A stretch of DNA of 54,059 bases from the NCBI GenBank assembly GCA_023245335.1, contig JAHFKK010000001.1, positions 1,164,053-1,218,111 of the forward strand, given 5' to 3'. Shown here piece after piece: positions 26,641-36,038 of the stretch. The translations under genes were made by a program, and so were the position numbers. Under the pieces are notes generated by a model. It saw only the letters and a list, made by a program, of their open reading frames with translations. It was not told the origin of the DNA and did no database searches. Positions within the stretch are counted from its first letter, which is position 1, and every line of letters starts with the position of its first letter. The DNA comes from Candidatus Gottesmanbacteria bacterium (lineage in GTDB: Bacteria; Patescibacteriota; Microgenomatia; UBA10105; UBA927).

Positions 26641-26672
26641 TTCTACCAATTGGGAAAAATTACAAAAGAATT
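26627..26672. repeat. Palindromic site 2 upstream of the PaaX/Cas2-like gene
   Basis: 46-bp palindrome (19/23 pairs) centred on CCAA|TTGG. Confidence 0.9.
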
Positions 26673-26725
26673 TGTGTCTTCATATGACTTGACGCGGACA
26701 CCGTGTATCTGCCTATACTGGATAT

Positions 26726-27607
26726 ATGGAACCCGCACCCATCAAAGCCGAGATGCCCCCGAAGCTCGCCCCCGAAGCCAAACCCTCAGCTCCCGTTCCA
26801 GCCAAAGAGCAACCCGTACCGTCAGAAAAATCAGCAACTTCGGCCGATGCTACTACCCCACGCGGTCAACTGGAAGCGATTGCCAAAGGCACACCCGTCA
26901 AAGAAGCGACCGCGCAAAAAGCAGAAACCGTGGCACTACCCGACCGAGAAAAGGTAGACGCGATACTCTCTGAAGCAAATACCCTCCTTCTAGATCTCCG
27001 AGATATGCGGTTCCTTCTCACGGCCGTCGCAAGCCAGGCGGCGGACACACCGCTCGGTAATGAGATGCGCCTCGATACGCTGCGGATTATCGGAAAGATG
27101 AGTAATGCCGATATGCCTCCGGAAGCGGTTATGAAGCTCGACGCATTACAAAAACAGGTAACCGAACTGAAGCTCCCTGACCCCGCACCGGAAAAAAGTG
27201 CGCTTCTTCCCATTATAGAAGTGTATAATCAAGCTCATCCGGATAAAGCGGTACCCGCGGAAGTTATTGATCAAATCAAATCCGGAAGCCGTGAAGCTTC
27301 TACTACCGTAGCCCAATTCCTCCAAACGAATCCCGACTTAGCCCAGCCGGTTTGGAAAGAATTGACCGGTGTAGAAGGATTTACCGGTTTACATCTCACC
27401 CCGACGAACGTACTGGAACTTGCAAAATTACCTGCTTCACCGGAAAATGTGGCTAAAGCGAAAGAGATGTTCGGCACAATCCAAAAAATGTCACCCGCAC
27501 AGCAGGAAAGCCTCAAGGATTATCTGGTTCCCCGGGCTATGTTTGGAGCTATGCTCCTTATGGCTGTCATCCAAATCGGCACCGGCCAAGGTGACGGCGG
27601 ACATTAA
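26726..27607 (+). CDS. Hypothetical protein with C-terminal TM
   Basis: 293-aa ORF; TATACT 6 nt before ATG; C-terminal hydrophobic helix. Confidence 0.8.
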   Translation: MEPAPIKAEMPPKLAPEAKPSAPVPAKEQPVPSEKSATSADATTPRGQLEAIAKGTPVKEATAQKAETVALPDREKVDAILSEANTLLLDLRDMRFLLTAVASQAADTPLGNEMRLDTLRIIGKMSNADMPPEAVMKLDALQKQVTELKLPDPAPEKSALLPIIEVYNQAHPDKAVPAEVIDQIKSGSREASTTVAQFLQTNPDLAQPVWKELTGVEGFTGLHLTPTNVLELAKLPASPENVAKAKEMFGTIQKMSPAQQESLKDYLVPRAMFGAMLLMAVIQIGTGQGDGGH

Positions 27608-27617
27608 AGAAAAGAAT

Positions 27618-27953
27618 CTAGTGTTCTTTACGAAGAAATAACGAAGGCCGTATAGATATACCATAACAGTCCCTGCGGCCAATCAATGGAAGAATCGGCC
27701 TGAGACTCACGGAAAATACTCTTCCGTTCTCCATATACACGGACGATTCCCATTCCCGTTGATTATTCTTCCAAAGGCCATACGTTACTTCATGTTCATC
27801 TCCTTCGCCTAATACAAAATCGACACGCGTTCCCCCTTCATCAGGCCACTCCAACTCGCAATGATTATTTCGGTGAGTCGTGGCTACGCGCAATTCATAG
27901 CCTGTTAGGTAACGAGGTAATTCCAGATGAACACTTCGTATTATTCCCGCCAT
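27618..27953 (-). CDS. Hypothetical protein
   Basis: ATG 27953 preceded by TATAAC 9 nt upstream; this start avoids overlap with the neighbour. Confidence 0.55.
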   Translation of the reverse strand: MAGIIRSVHLELPRYLTGYELRVATTHRNNHCELEWPDEGGTRVDFVLGEGDEHEVTYGLWKNNQREWESSVYMENGRVFSVSLRPILPLIGRRDCYGISIRPSLFLRKEH

Positions 27954-28034
27954 ATAGGCCACGTTATACCCGATCATGAATTGTTTTGTCAAACGGATCT
28001 TGTAACGAAACTGAAAATAAGGAATACTGCATCT

Positions 28035-28784
28035 ATGGGCATCGCCATACTTATTCTTGCGTTAGAACTTGTTATCCTATGGCTCCTCTCCCGCAGGATG
28101 ACCCAAAATATATATACTGCGATATTTTTACTCACTACGTCGAGACCTGTCGCAATAAGTTTTCTTTCTATACTTCTTTTCCCGGGTACAGTCATTCATG
28201 AATTAGCACATCTATTTACCGCAGAAATATTAGGCGTTCGCACGAGCGGGCTGACATTGGTTCCTGAAGGAATTGAAAACAAAGACGTCCGAACAGGCAG
28301 CGTTTCCATAGCCCAATCCGACCCTATCCGCCGATCGGTCATAGGGCTCGCCCCCATATTTGTCGGGCTGAGTACGCTTGGCCTCATCTCCTATTTCCTC
28401 CCCGGAGTGTGGCATCAGGTGGGCCTAGATGCGGCAAATGGGATCCTCTTCTCTCACATATCTATTTACTACTTTCTTTTTGCTGTTTACTCACTCTTTG
28501 CTGTTTCCAACACTATGTTCTCCTCTCCCGAAGATATGGAAGGATTTTGGCCGGTTGCCCTCGTTCTCACGCTTATCGCCGTCGCCGCCTACATTGTCGG
28601 TATCCGTATAAGCCTCACGGATCCTGTTCTTACGAACATCCAATCGTTTTTCACTGCGATGGCGACCAATGTGGGATGGGTTGCAGGACTCAATGTCCTG
28701 CTGTTTCTCCTGTCAAAGCTTATGATTGCGGGAGTGGAAAAACTCACAAAACGGCACCTCGTACCCAAAGGGCAATTACGATAG
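28035..28784 (+). CDS. M50-like membrane zinc metalloprotease
   Basis: PGTVIHELAH, GLAP, N...S..D motif, multiple TMs. Confidence 0.8.
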   Translation: MGIAILILALELVILWLLSRRMTQNIYTAIFLLTTSRPVAISFLSILLFPGTVIHELAHLFTAEILGVRTSGLTLVPEGIENKDVRTGSVSIAQSDPIRRSVIGLAPIFVGLSTLGLISYFLPGVWHQVGLDAANGILFSHISIYYFLFAVYSLFAVSNTMFSSPEDMEGFWPVALVLTLIAVAAYIVGIRISLTDPVLTNIQSFFTAMATNVGWVAGLNVLLFLLSKLMIAGVEKLTKRHLVPKGQLR

Positions 28785-28810
28785 AACTTCTATCCTCTAT
28801 AGACCGGCAA

Positions 28811-29395
28811 TCACCGACGAACCGTGTCCGCATCATGATCAACGGCTACCGCTACCGACTTCTCACGCACAAACGCCTCCCAATCTATTGACCTCGATTT
28901 GCCGGTAACTTGTGCAATTGCTATCGCTTTAGTTCTTCTCACGCGTTCCCGTATTGTGATGGGGGCCCTTGCGACGGCGCTATTTAACCATACCGCATCA
29001 TTTGGATATATTGAGCTTTCTTCCCGAAGTGTCAGGCTTGTGCCGGGATTCGCTTCTAAAAATTTCCTGAGAAGCACTGCGGCTGTACCTTCCACAACGC
29101 CTATCTGATACATATTTCTGCCGGCAACAATCTGGAACCCGCGGGGAATCCGCATACGGAAAGCCCCGCGCATGAGGGAACCGAGTGTTTCCCCAGTTAG
29201 TGTCATGTCATCGGGAAAATTCTTGAATTCATCACGCCGAAAAACCATAATACCCCTCTGAATCTGAATGCCTGGAAGTAAACCCTCCGGTTGTGATGGG
29301 TTATGCTTCCACGGAAATGCGTACCGATAATCGCCTAACGGATATTCAAACCCGTGCTCATTACGTGAAACAATGCCGGCTTCGATATAGGACAT
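28811..29395 (-). CDS. Hypothetical protein
   Basis: 194-aa ORF. Confidence 0.65.
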   Translation of the reverse strand: MSYIEAGIVSRNEHGFEYPLGDYRYAFPWKHNPSQPEGLLPGIQIQRGIMVFRRDEFKNFPDDMTLTGETLGSLMRGAFRMRIPRGFQIVAGRNMYQIGVVEGTAAVLLRKFLEANPGTSLTLREESSIYPNDAVWLNSAVARAPITIRERVRRTKAIAIAQVTGKSRSIDWEAFVREKSVAVAVDHDADTVRR

Positions 29396-29495
29396 ACGAG
29401 GGTATTATTATACTATAGGTTGTATATAAGTCCTATACCCGTTTAAGAACGGCGAAAAAAGCAGACTGGGGTATCTCTACGCTTCCTATCCGCTT

Positions 29496-29525
29496 TCGGC
29501 CAAAGGCCAATCCGCCTCTGGCGGA
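29496..29525 (+). repeat. 30-bp double-hairpin element, copy B (just past the lepA stop)
   Basis: TCGGCC-AAA-GGCCAA-TCCGCC-TCT-GGCGGA. Confidence 0.75.
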
Positions 29526-29532
29526 CATCTTG

Positions 29533-31380
29533 CTATGATCCACGCTTTAACACCTGAAAAAATGCGGACTGGGGTATTTCAACACGGCCTACTAACTTCA
29601 TTCGCGCTTTTCCCTTTTTCTGTGCCTCCAGGAGCTTGTCTTTCCGCGTCCGATCTCCGCCGTAAAGCTTCTTCGTCACGTCTTTACGGAACGCTTTCAC
29701 GTCAGCTCGAGCAATCACCTGACCCCCGATAGCCGCCTGTATGGGGATTTCAAACTGCTGGCGTGGGATGACCGCAGCTAAACGCTCGACCAGTTCGCGA
29801 CTGCGGACAATCGAAGCATCGCGGGTGATAAGAAACGACAACGCGTCGACCTTTTCTTTATTCACGAGAAGGTCGACTTTCACTACTTCCACATCCTGCC
29901 AGTCAAAAAACTCATAGTCCAGGCTGGCATACCCTTCCGTTACACTCTTCAGCCGGTCAAAAAAATCGACGATCATTTCCGAAAGCGGGATCATGTACAC
30001 AAAATGCGCCTGGTCACCGACGTATGTAAGGTCCATATAGACTCCCCGCTTCTCTTGAGCGAGCTGCATGATGGCACCTGTATATTTTTTGGGGCTATAG
30101 ATATCGACATTCATGATAGGCTCTTTGACCGAGGCTACCTGGGACGGATCCGGATACTCCTCGGCAGACTGGATACTCACGGTTGCCCGTCCGTCTTCAT
30201 AGGACAAAAGCTGTGTCTGTGTAAAGCCCAGCTTGCCATACTCGACGCCGGAAGCCAGTGTTAGCCGATACTCCACGCTCGGGCTGGTTGCGATCATCGT
30301 AAGCCCAAATTCCCGTAATATGCGCTCCTGAACCACTTCTGCGTGCAAAAGTCCCAAAAATCCGCAGTGGAACCCGTTTCCCAAAGCCATAGAGGAGATC
30401 GGACGGAAGGTGAAAGCGCTGTCGCTAAGACGTAGTTTCTCAACGGCTTCGCGCGAATCCTGATATTCATCGGCAGCCAAAGGAAATAGTCCCAAAAATA
30501 CCATGGACTTGGGCTCCTTATACCCCGGCAACCGATCGACCGGGCTATTGCCGATCGTCATGGTATCTCCGACTTTGGCAAGCCGCACGTCCTTAAGTCC
30601 TGTCGCGATATATCCCACTTCTCCGGTCCGCAACTCTTGCCCATGGACCATCTGCGGCATGAAGTATCCGACTTCTATGGGATTAATTTCTGTTTTTGAT
30701 GCGAGAAAATTAAGCCGAAGTAGTGGATCATACCGTATACTACCATCTACTATACGTACAAAAACTACCACACCCTTGTGTGTATCGTATTGCGAAGAAA
30801 ATATGAGCGCGCGTAGCGGTTTATCGTGATCACCGGCCGGCGCAGGAACCTTGGTGACAATTGCCTCCAATACTTTATCGACATTTTTGCCGGTCTTTGC
30901 AGATATTTCTATCATTTCTTCATCGGTGAATCCAAGCGATCGCAATTCCGTCTTCGTTTCTTCTATGCGTGCCGCAGGCATATCGGTTTTATTGATAAGG
31001 GGAATGACCGCAAGATTATGCTGGCGGGCCTGATGAAGATTTGCGAGTGTCTGCGCCTGTACACCCTGTGTGCTGTCTACCACGAGAAGCGCGCCCTCGC
31101 ATGCCGCCAAAGACCTGCTCACTTCATAGCCGAAGTCGACATGTCCGGGAGTATCGATAAGGTTCAGGATATAATCCTTCCAGTGCATACGGACGGGCGC
31201 GAGCTTGATGGTGATCCCGCGTTCCTGCTCGATGGGATTGCTGTCCAGGAGCTGTGCATGCATATCGCGCTGAGCGACCGTGTGGGTCATCTCGAGCAGC
31301 CGATCGGCAAGCGTCGACTTCCCGTGATCGATATGGGCGATGATGGCGAAATTCCTGATGTGGGATTGGCCCGAAGTCAT
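29533..31380 (-). CDS. lepA: Elongation factor 4
   Basis: IRNFAIIAHIDHGKSTLADR, DTPGHVDF, NKTD, GFHCGFLGLLH, KLYGGD.TRK.KLLE.QKKGK. Confidence 0.98.
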   Translation of the reverse strand: MTSGQSHIRNFAIIAHIDHGKSTLADRLLEMTHTVAQRDMHAQLLDSNPIEQERGITIKLAPVRMHWKDYILNLIDTPGHVDFGYEVSRSLAACEGALLVVDSTQGVQAQTLANLHQARQHNLAVIPLINKTDMPAARIEETKTELRSLGFTDEEMIEISAKTGKNVDKVLEAIVTKVPAPAGDHDKPLRALIFSSQYDTHKGVVVFVRIVDGSIRYDPLLRLNFLASKTEINPIEVGYFMPQMVHGQELRTGEVGYIATGLKDVRLAKVGDTMTIGNSPVDRLPGYKEPKSMVFLGLFPLAADEYQDSREAVEKLRLSDSAFTFRPISSMALGNGFHCGFLGLLHAEVVQERILREFGLTMIATSPSVEYRLTLASGVEYGKLGFTQTQLLSYEDGRATVSIQSAEEYPDPSQVASVKEPIMNVDIYSPKKYTGAIMQLAQEKRGVYMDLTYVGDQAHFVYMIPLSEMIVDFFDRLKSVTEGYASLDYEFFDWQDVEVVKVDLLVNKEKVDALSFLITRDASIVRSRELVERLAAVIPRQQFEIPIQAAIGGQVIARADVKAFRKDVTKKLYGGDRTRKDKLLEAQKKGKARMKLVGRVEIPQSAFFQVLKRGS

Positions 31381-32201
31381 GCAGGTATTCTATCAGATAT
31401 TCCCGCCTTCTGCGCTTCACTACGCCAATGCACAAAGGCCGGATGAACGGGTATATTCGGAGATGTCAGACTTCGATGTATATTCCCCCGCAGTAAATTC
31501 GCGGCAACGTCCAAGGTCTGCTGTTGTAACTTCACGCTAAAAATATCATCAAACGGCCAAAGCACTCCAATCGGTAACGCTAAATCCCCATCAATCAATC
31601 TCCCTGCATGCTTGGTGTCTAAAAGGAGTTGTTTCTTACGGAATCCGTCGGGAGAAAAACTGCTGCTCCGACTTACTGCAATATGCAGCCGCGGGTGTAC
31701 CATACCACCGCCAAACTCATGCGTCGGTGAATCGTGGAGGGTAAATTCCCCACCAAATTGTATAGGATGAGGACCATCAAATAGCCATGTAGCGTGCTGA
31801 CGATGGAGCGTCATATTTTCCGGATCATCCGGGTCAGGACCAACGACCGTATTGAGTTCGAGCGTTTGCGGCATATCAGGGTTACCCCCGAATCGATGTA
31901 ATATTTTTTTCGGCAGATTTATCGGTCCCAATGCTTTAATCGTATCGGTTCTGTGAATCCGTCCTGTTTCAATATTTACTCCGGCGGTTTGAACCAATGA
32001 TACGTCTGGGGCTAATACTTTCATCCGCCCAAGTTCGATAGTATGCTGACCCCAAAACGTCGTCCACGCATCCTCAGGGGAAATTTTTTCAAAAAATGAC
32101 CGAAAGGCGGTGAGTCGACGCAGACCCTCATCTTGCACGTTTGGATAGGGATGATGGGACTTGACCGCATCCATATAGCGCTGAAGATCAACACGTGCCA
32201 T
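31377..32201 (-). CDS. Hypothetical protein, overlapping the lepA start by 4 bp
   Basis: 274-aa ORF with ATGA overlap. Confidence 0.75.
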   Translation of the reverse strand: MARVDLQRYMDAVKSHHPYPNVQDEGLRRLTAFRSFFEKISPEDAWTTFWGQHTIELGRMKVLAPDVSLVQTAGVNIETGRIHRTDTIKALGPINLPKKILHRFGGNPDMPQTLELNTVVGPDPDDPENMTLHRQHATWLFDGPHPIQFGGEFTLHDSPTHEFGGGMVHPRLHIAVSRSSSFSPDGFRKKQLLLDTKHAGRLIDGDLALPIGVLWPFDDIFSVKLQQQTLDVAANLLRGNIHRSLTSPNIPVHPAFVHWRSEAQKAGISDRIPA

Positions 32202-32251
32202 ATCCCCAGCCTATAGATATACGCTCACCATTGTCAAACCCATGCTCCCCT

Positions 32252-32770
32252 TTATGGCTCGTGCAGAGCGGGATGGATAGGATCACCGGGGTTTGCTATG
32301 GTTTCATCCACGAGCTGTCGGGCAGAAATGCTCATTTCCGACATCAGACTTCCGCGGAGCGTAAACCCGAATAGTTCACGCAGCCGACTCAATAGTCCGG
32401 TCGTTTTTCGGCCGGTCGAAAGGCTCGCCGGAGCCTCATCGGCGCCGGTGTAGTAAAAATCCCAATGGGTTAGCCTCAACCTATCCGGCATTGCCTGCGC
32501 GTCCGTCGGAATATAAAAGGAGATTTTTGCCGAACGCATATCACTACGGAAAGACAGCTTATCTTCGACCTGATATGTGCCGCCATAGATCAATAGACCA
32601 ACCGTAGACGTCAATCTATGTGTTCTATCCGATAATGATTTATTGACTCTTCCTCCCCGAACGACTTCCCCATGATTCACTTGAGAAAGCGTTGTCAAAA
32701 ATTGAAGTGTAACGTTCTTTGCCCGATCAACGCCATGCAACCGCCTCGAAATAATCTTTCCGGACAACAC
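32252..32770 (-). CDS. Hypothetical protein
   Basis: 172-aa ORF, start uncertain. Confidence 0.6.
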   Translation of the reverse strand: MLSGKIISRRLHGVDRAKNVTLQFLTTLSQVNHGEVVRGGRVNKSLSDRTHRLTSTVGLLIYGGTYQVEDKLSFRSDMRSAKISFYIPTDAQAMPDRLRLTHWDFYYTGADEAPASLSTGRKTTGLLSRLRELFGFTLRGSLMSEMSISARQLVDETIANPGDPIHPALHEP

Positions 32771-32832
32771 ATCTTCCAGTGGTCCCGTAATCGTGTCCTG
32801 TCGGTCAATGGAGGCCGTACCTATTTTAATAT

Positions 32833-33093
32833 TTACGTGTTGTACGAGACTCTTCCCTCCTGGGAATTGTCGTGACCTTCTGAAAATCCAACCGTTATTA
32901 TCGGGACTCGCCCAGGTCCACCCTTCTTGGGGGGGGCGCTTTGAACGAACGGATCCATGATGCGAAGCCGTTCACCAATCGCGTCTCTCCGTGGGGCGGA
33001 ACCGTGCGCGCGAACTATCTCTTCCTGATAACGATCGAGATTTACCATGGAAATACTCTTCGGGGCAGATGATAATGGTGTATAGTACACCAT
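32833..33093 (-). CDS. Hypothetical protein
   Basis: 86-aa ORF in a minus-strand run. Confidence 0.45.
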   Translation of the reverse strand: MVYYTPLSSAPKSISMVNLDRYQEEIVRAHGSAPRRDAIGERLRIMDPFVQSAPPKKGGPGRVPIITVGFSEGHDNSQEGRVSYNT

Positions 33094-33161
33094 TTACCCT
33101 GGCCGGAGAAATAGGAATCCCTAGAAGAATAAATATGATGATGCGTGAGCCTGATTTGATC

Positions 33162-33536
33162 CTACGGTTTTGGATGTATGACTTTCCCCCCACGCGTTCT
33201 CGTCTCGCCGGAGGGACTGACACCCCCACTTGTCACTTCATGTAATCGATCTTCTGCTTCCTCACGGGTTTTCTTTTTTCTTTTTCGTAGTTTCTCTTTC
33301 TTTTTCAAAACATCAATGGCACGTTTTGTAAGCGGATCGGTTGTCGCCGGAGCGTCATCAAACAAACTAATGATGTCTTTCAGCGTCCTAGGTTTCTTTT
33401 TTAACGCCGTTGGCGGTACTTCAGACTTAATTTCAACAGCAGGATGAGGAGTAACTGTTGGGATTGATTTTTTTCTCGCCATCTCCAAAGGCGCACTACC
33501 TCTTCTTACTGGTTCAACGTCCATCCTTCGTATCAT
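33162..33536 (-). CDS. Hypothetical basic protein
   Basis: AGGAG SD; Lys-rich 124 aa. Confidence 0.6.
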   Translation of the reverse strand: MIRRMDVEPVRRGSAPLEMARKKSIPTVTPHPAVEIKSEVPPTALKKKPRTLKDIISLFDDAPATTDPLTKRAIDVLKKKEKLRKRKKKTREEAEDRLHEVTSGGVSPSGETRTRGGKVIHPKP

Positions 33537-33561
33537 ATAATTTTCTCCTATATATAAACTA

Positions 33562-33891
33562 CTATCTTCGGGCCTGTTTGGGAAGTGAATAATCAGCTTT
33601 CAGAGTAGCAAAATTTGGTACACTCGCTTCCAGCTTATCATTTTCTCCAAATGTGCCCCGCAACGCAGCCACCTTCTTATTGATCACAACGCTAACACCC
33701 GAATCAGCCCGATACAGCCCACAAGTGGGACTATCTTCAAGCTCAAGGAGTAAATCACTCCCATGACTATCTATCCCCAATGCTATAGAACCGGATTCCT
33801 TACCCGGTGTTCGTATATTAAGGGTGGTATGAAAACCTTCTACTAATTTACTAATCACTGAATAATGCTGCCCCCGGGCTTTTATCGTCAT
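33562..33891 (-). CDS. Hypothetical protein
   Basis: TACAAT 9 nt before ATG; 109 aa. Confidence 0.6.
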   Translation of the reverse strand: MTIKARGQHYSVISKLVEGFHTTLNIRTPGKESGSIALGIDSHGSDLLLELEDSPTCGLYRADSGVSVVINKKVAALRGTFGENDKLEASVPNFATLKADYSLPKQARR

Positions 33892-33937
33892 AAGATGGAT
33901 ATTGTACCAAAATCTAACCTATAGTCAATCGGCCGCA

Positions 33938-34750
33938 CTAATTATGAGCAACCACATTTGCCATCGCTCCTACTTCGACCGTACTGAAGGCAGCTTTTGC
34001 TGTACGCAAGTGACGGGTATCGTTAAGAAGTTCATAAAACTCCTGGCGTCCCTCTGCGCTGAACTCCCGACGATTGATAAGAGTGCTGGACCACTCTATA
34101 TTGCGGTTTGCAGGTACAACGAGAAGCTGGGTAAAATTCGGCGATATAGTAAGAAGCTGTTTATCCGGAGCGAGTGTCGCTCTGGCACGCGCGACTTCCA
34201 CTAACCCGTGCGATGCGGGATCAGGCAACGTATTTACTACTTCGGCTAGCGCCTTTACCCCGCGGGCAAACCCCGTCTCGGAAAGCTGTTGGAAACTGCG
34301 CTCGTTGAGGAGTCCCAACTTGGACTCTCCCACTCCCTCTATCACGACGCCGTCTTCTTTTTCGACGATCAGGAAGGCCATATCCGGATTCCGGTGATAC
34401 CCAAGCTCTTTGCCGAGGTTAAATGCATCCGGATTGTGCGCCAAGGCCAGGAGTTCCTTCTCCAGCGGAGTACGCTCACCGAATTCCGGGTCAGCCTGAA
34501 TGAGCATCTCAAAGAGCTTACCCCGAAGCTGTTTGCCTGCGCCCGTACCCGAACCTTTAGATGCTTCTGCAATTTCGCTACGGAAGTTCGCCCAGTCAAT
34601 TCGGTCAAATACGAGCCTCTGGCGCTCACGATTAGGCACGTAGCCTTTCTCCACCGTAGAAGTATTGAGCGCTTCCCATAATTTTTCACGAACCGGGGTA
34701 ATTATAGACTCTTTTTGAGGCAAGTTAATTTCGCGTTCAATAGTAACCAT
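33938..34750 (-). CDS. Putative PD-(D/E)XK nuclease-fold protein
   Basis: GKLFE...NPDMAF...GVGESKLG...QQL motif order. Confidence 0.55.
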   Translation of the reverse strand: MVTIEREINLPQKESIITPVREKLWEALNTSTVEKGYVPNRERQRLVFDRIDWANFRSEIAEASKGSGTGAGKQLRGKLFEMLIQADPEFGERTPLEKELLALAHNPDAFNLGKELGYHRNPDMAFLIVEKEDGVVIEGVGESKLGLLNERSFQQLSETGFARGVKALAEVVNTLPDPASHGLVEVARARATLAPDKQLLTISPNFTQLLVVPANRNIEWSSTLINRREFSAEGRQEFYELLNDTRHLRTAKAAFSTVEVGAMANVVAHN

Positions 34751-34800
34751 AGTATCCGATAGTATATACTAAATGCTTCTCTGATGCACTCCGCAGCCTT

Positions 34801-35202
34801 GTGATAATCTCTAATATGGCTTATAATTCATATTCTATAAATAACAAGCTGGAGCAACTAATTAAGGTGCTTTTCCGTCTCAACAACAAGCATGGGTCTG
34901 AAAGGGACAGAAAATATGCCAAACGTTACGGTGGAACGATTTTCAGGAACGGACAGTTAACGGTTGATGAACGTGTTGTGGCAGATAAACTACACCTTCC
35001 ACTGGAGGAAACGAAAACCGCGTTAGGATCAGAGCCAATACTTTTCGCTAAACCACCTACTTACGCAGGTGAAACGGGAAATGTCGTCCGCAATAAGGGC
35101 AACGAGAATAATAATGGCAGTGGTGTGAAAGGCAGGCTCTCTCTACGGCGTTCAACGGGAAAAGATTTAGGCAGAGAACAAAATGGCCCGATGGAGCATT
35201 GA
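34801..35202 (+). CDS. Hypothetical protein (possible HTH)
   Basis: 133-aa ORF; start may be the ATG at 34816. Confidence 0.55.
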   Translation: MIISNMAYNSYSINNKLEQLIKVLFRLNNKHGSERDRKYAKRYGGTIFRNGQLTVDERVVADKLHLPLEETKTALGSEPILFAKPPTYAGETGNVVRNKGNENNNGSGVKGRLSLRRSTGKDLGREQNGPMEH

Positions 35203-35537
35203 ATAATATGTTGGAATTTTTAACTGGTTTAATCATTAGGAAAACCCATCAGGGAGACACAAAGGTGTCCACGATTGTTACCAGATTACCTCGCGGCAAG
35301 CACGTCCCGATAGAATTGATTGCCAAAGCTGCAAATGTAACGCCTGAATATGCACAACGGATTATTAACCAACACACAGGCATACAGACTGACGGTACCG
35401 AAATCTGGACATCGGATCGCCCAGTAAGAATAGATCCATCACATCTTAAGCGCGGCCAAGGAATAAAGATAGACTCAAATCCACCGGGCAGCAGGCAATC
35501 TGCACCCACAAGAAATACGACGCTCTTTGACCAATAA
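35199..35537 (+). CDS. Hypothetical protein (possible wHTH)
   Basis: PIELIAKAANVTPEYAQRII HTH-like pattern; overlaps the upstream ORF. Confidence 0.55.
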   Translation: MNNMLEFLTGLIIRKTHQGDTKVSTIVTRLPRGKHVPIELIAKAANVTPEYAQRIINQHTGIQTDGTEIWTSDRPVRIDPSHLKRGQGIKIDSNPPGSRQSAPTRNTTLFDQ

Positions 35538-35581
35538 GCGTACACATTCGTATGACCTCAAACAACTTCCTGTCACCATAC

Positions 35582-35884
35582 TCAGACAGTCCAAATTTTG
35601 AGTCTGGAATCCCAAAATACGCTGCTACCGCATCCTCTACACTGAGCGATGATCGCACAATTTAAACCGGTAAAGTCAACGTTCTCCGGATCACCCCCGC
35701 TGCATTGGGTCTTCGCCACTACCACCCTACGCGACCCACGAAATGATACTCCGCCGGCGACACGGTCAAGTGATATGACGTCCGGAACCTTATGAGGATC
35801 CACACGCCGCAATCGTGCAACGCTCAATTCGTTGATACCACCACTATCAGTTCCGCGATCGTTCCGTTCCCATGATATTTTCAT
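35582..35884 (-). CDS. Hypothetical Cys-containing protein
   Basis: 100 aa, CxxC near the C-terminus. Confidence 0.5.
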   Translation of the reverse strand: MKISWERNDRGTDSGGINELSVARLRRVDPHKVPDVISLDRVAGGVSFRGSRRVVVAKTQCSGGDPENVDFTGLNCAIIAQCRGCGSSVFWDSRLKIWTV

Positions 35885-36038
35885 ATAAGAAATTTATATT
35901 GTATATATTTACGAAAAGTAATCAAGCGTGATATCTAAATCCTTTTAAGTATTTTGAAGATTATATGCAATCATTCTATAACATAAAATGTCATTGTAAT
36001 TTGCATTACAGGTCTATTTTCCGCTATAATCTGTGCCT

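Noticed and set aside
25927-26672. CRISPR-Cas locus suggested by the Cas2-like domain and repeats
   Set aside because: Only two repeats, 702 bp apart, with no spacers and no cas1 or effector gene. The 45/54-bp repeats at the window end are coding.
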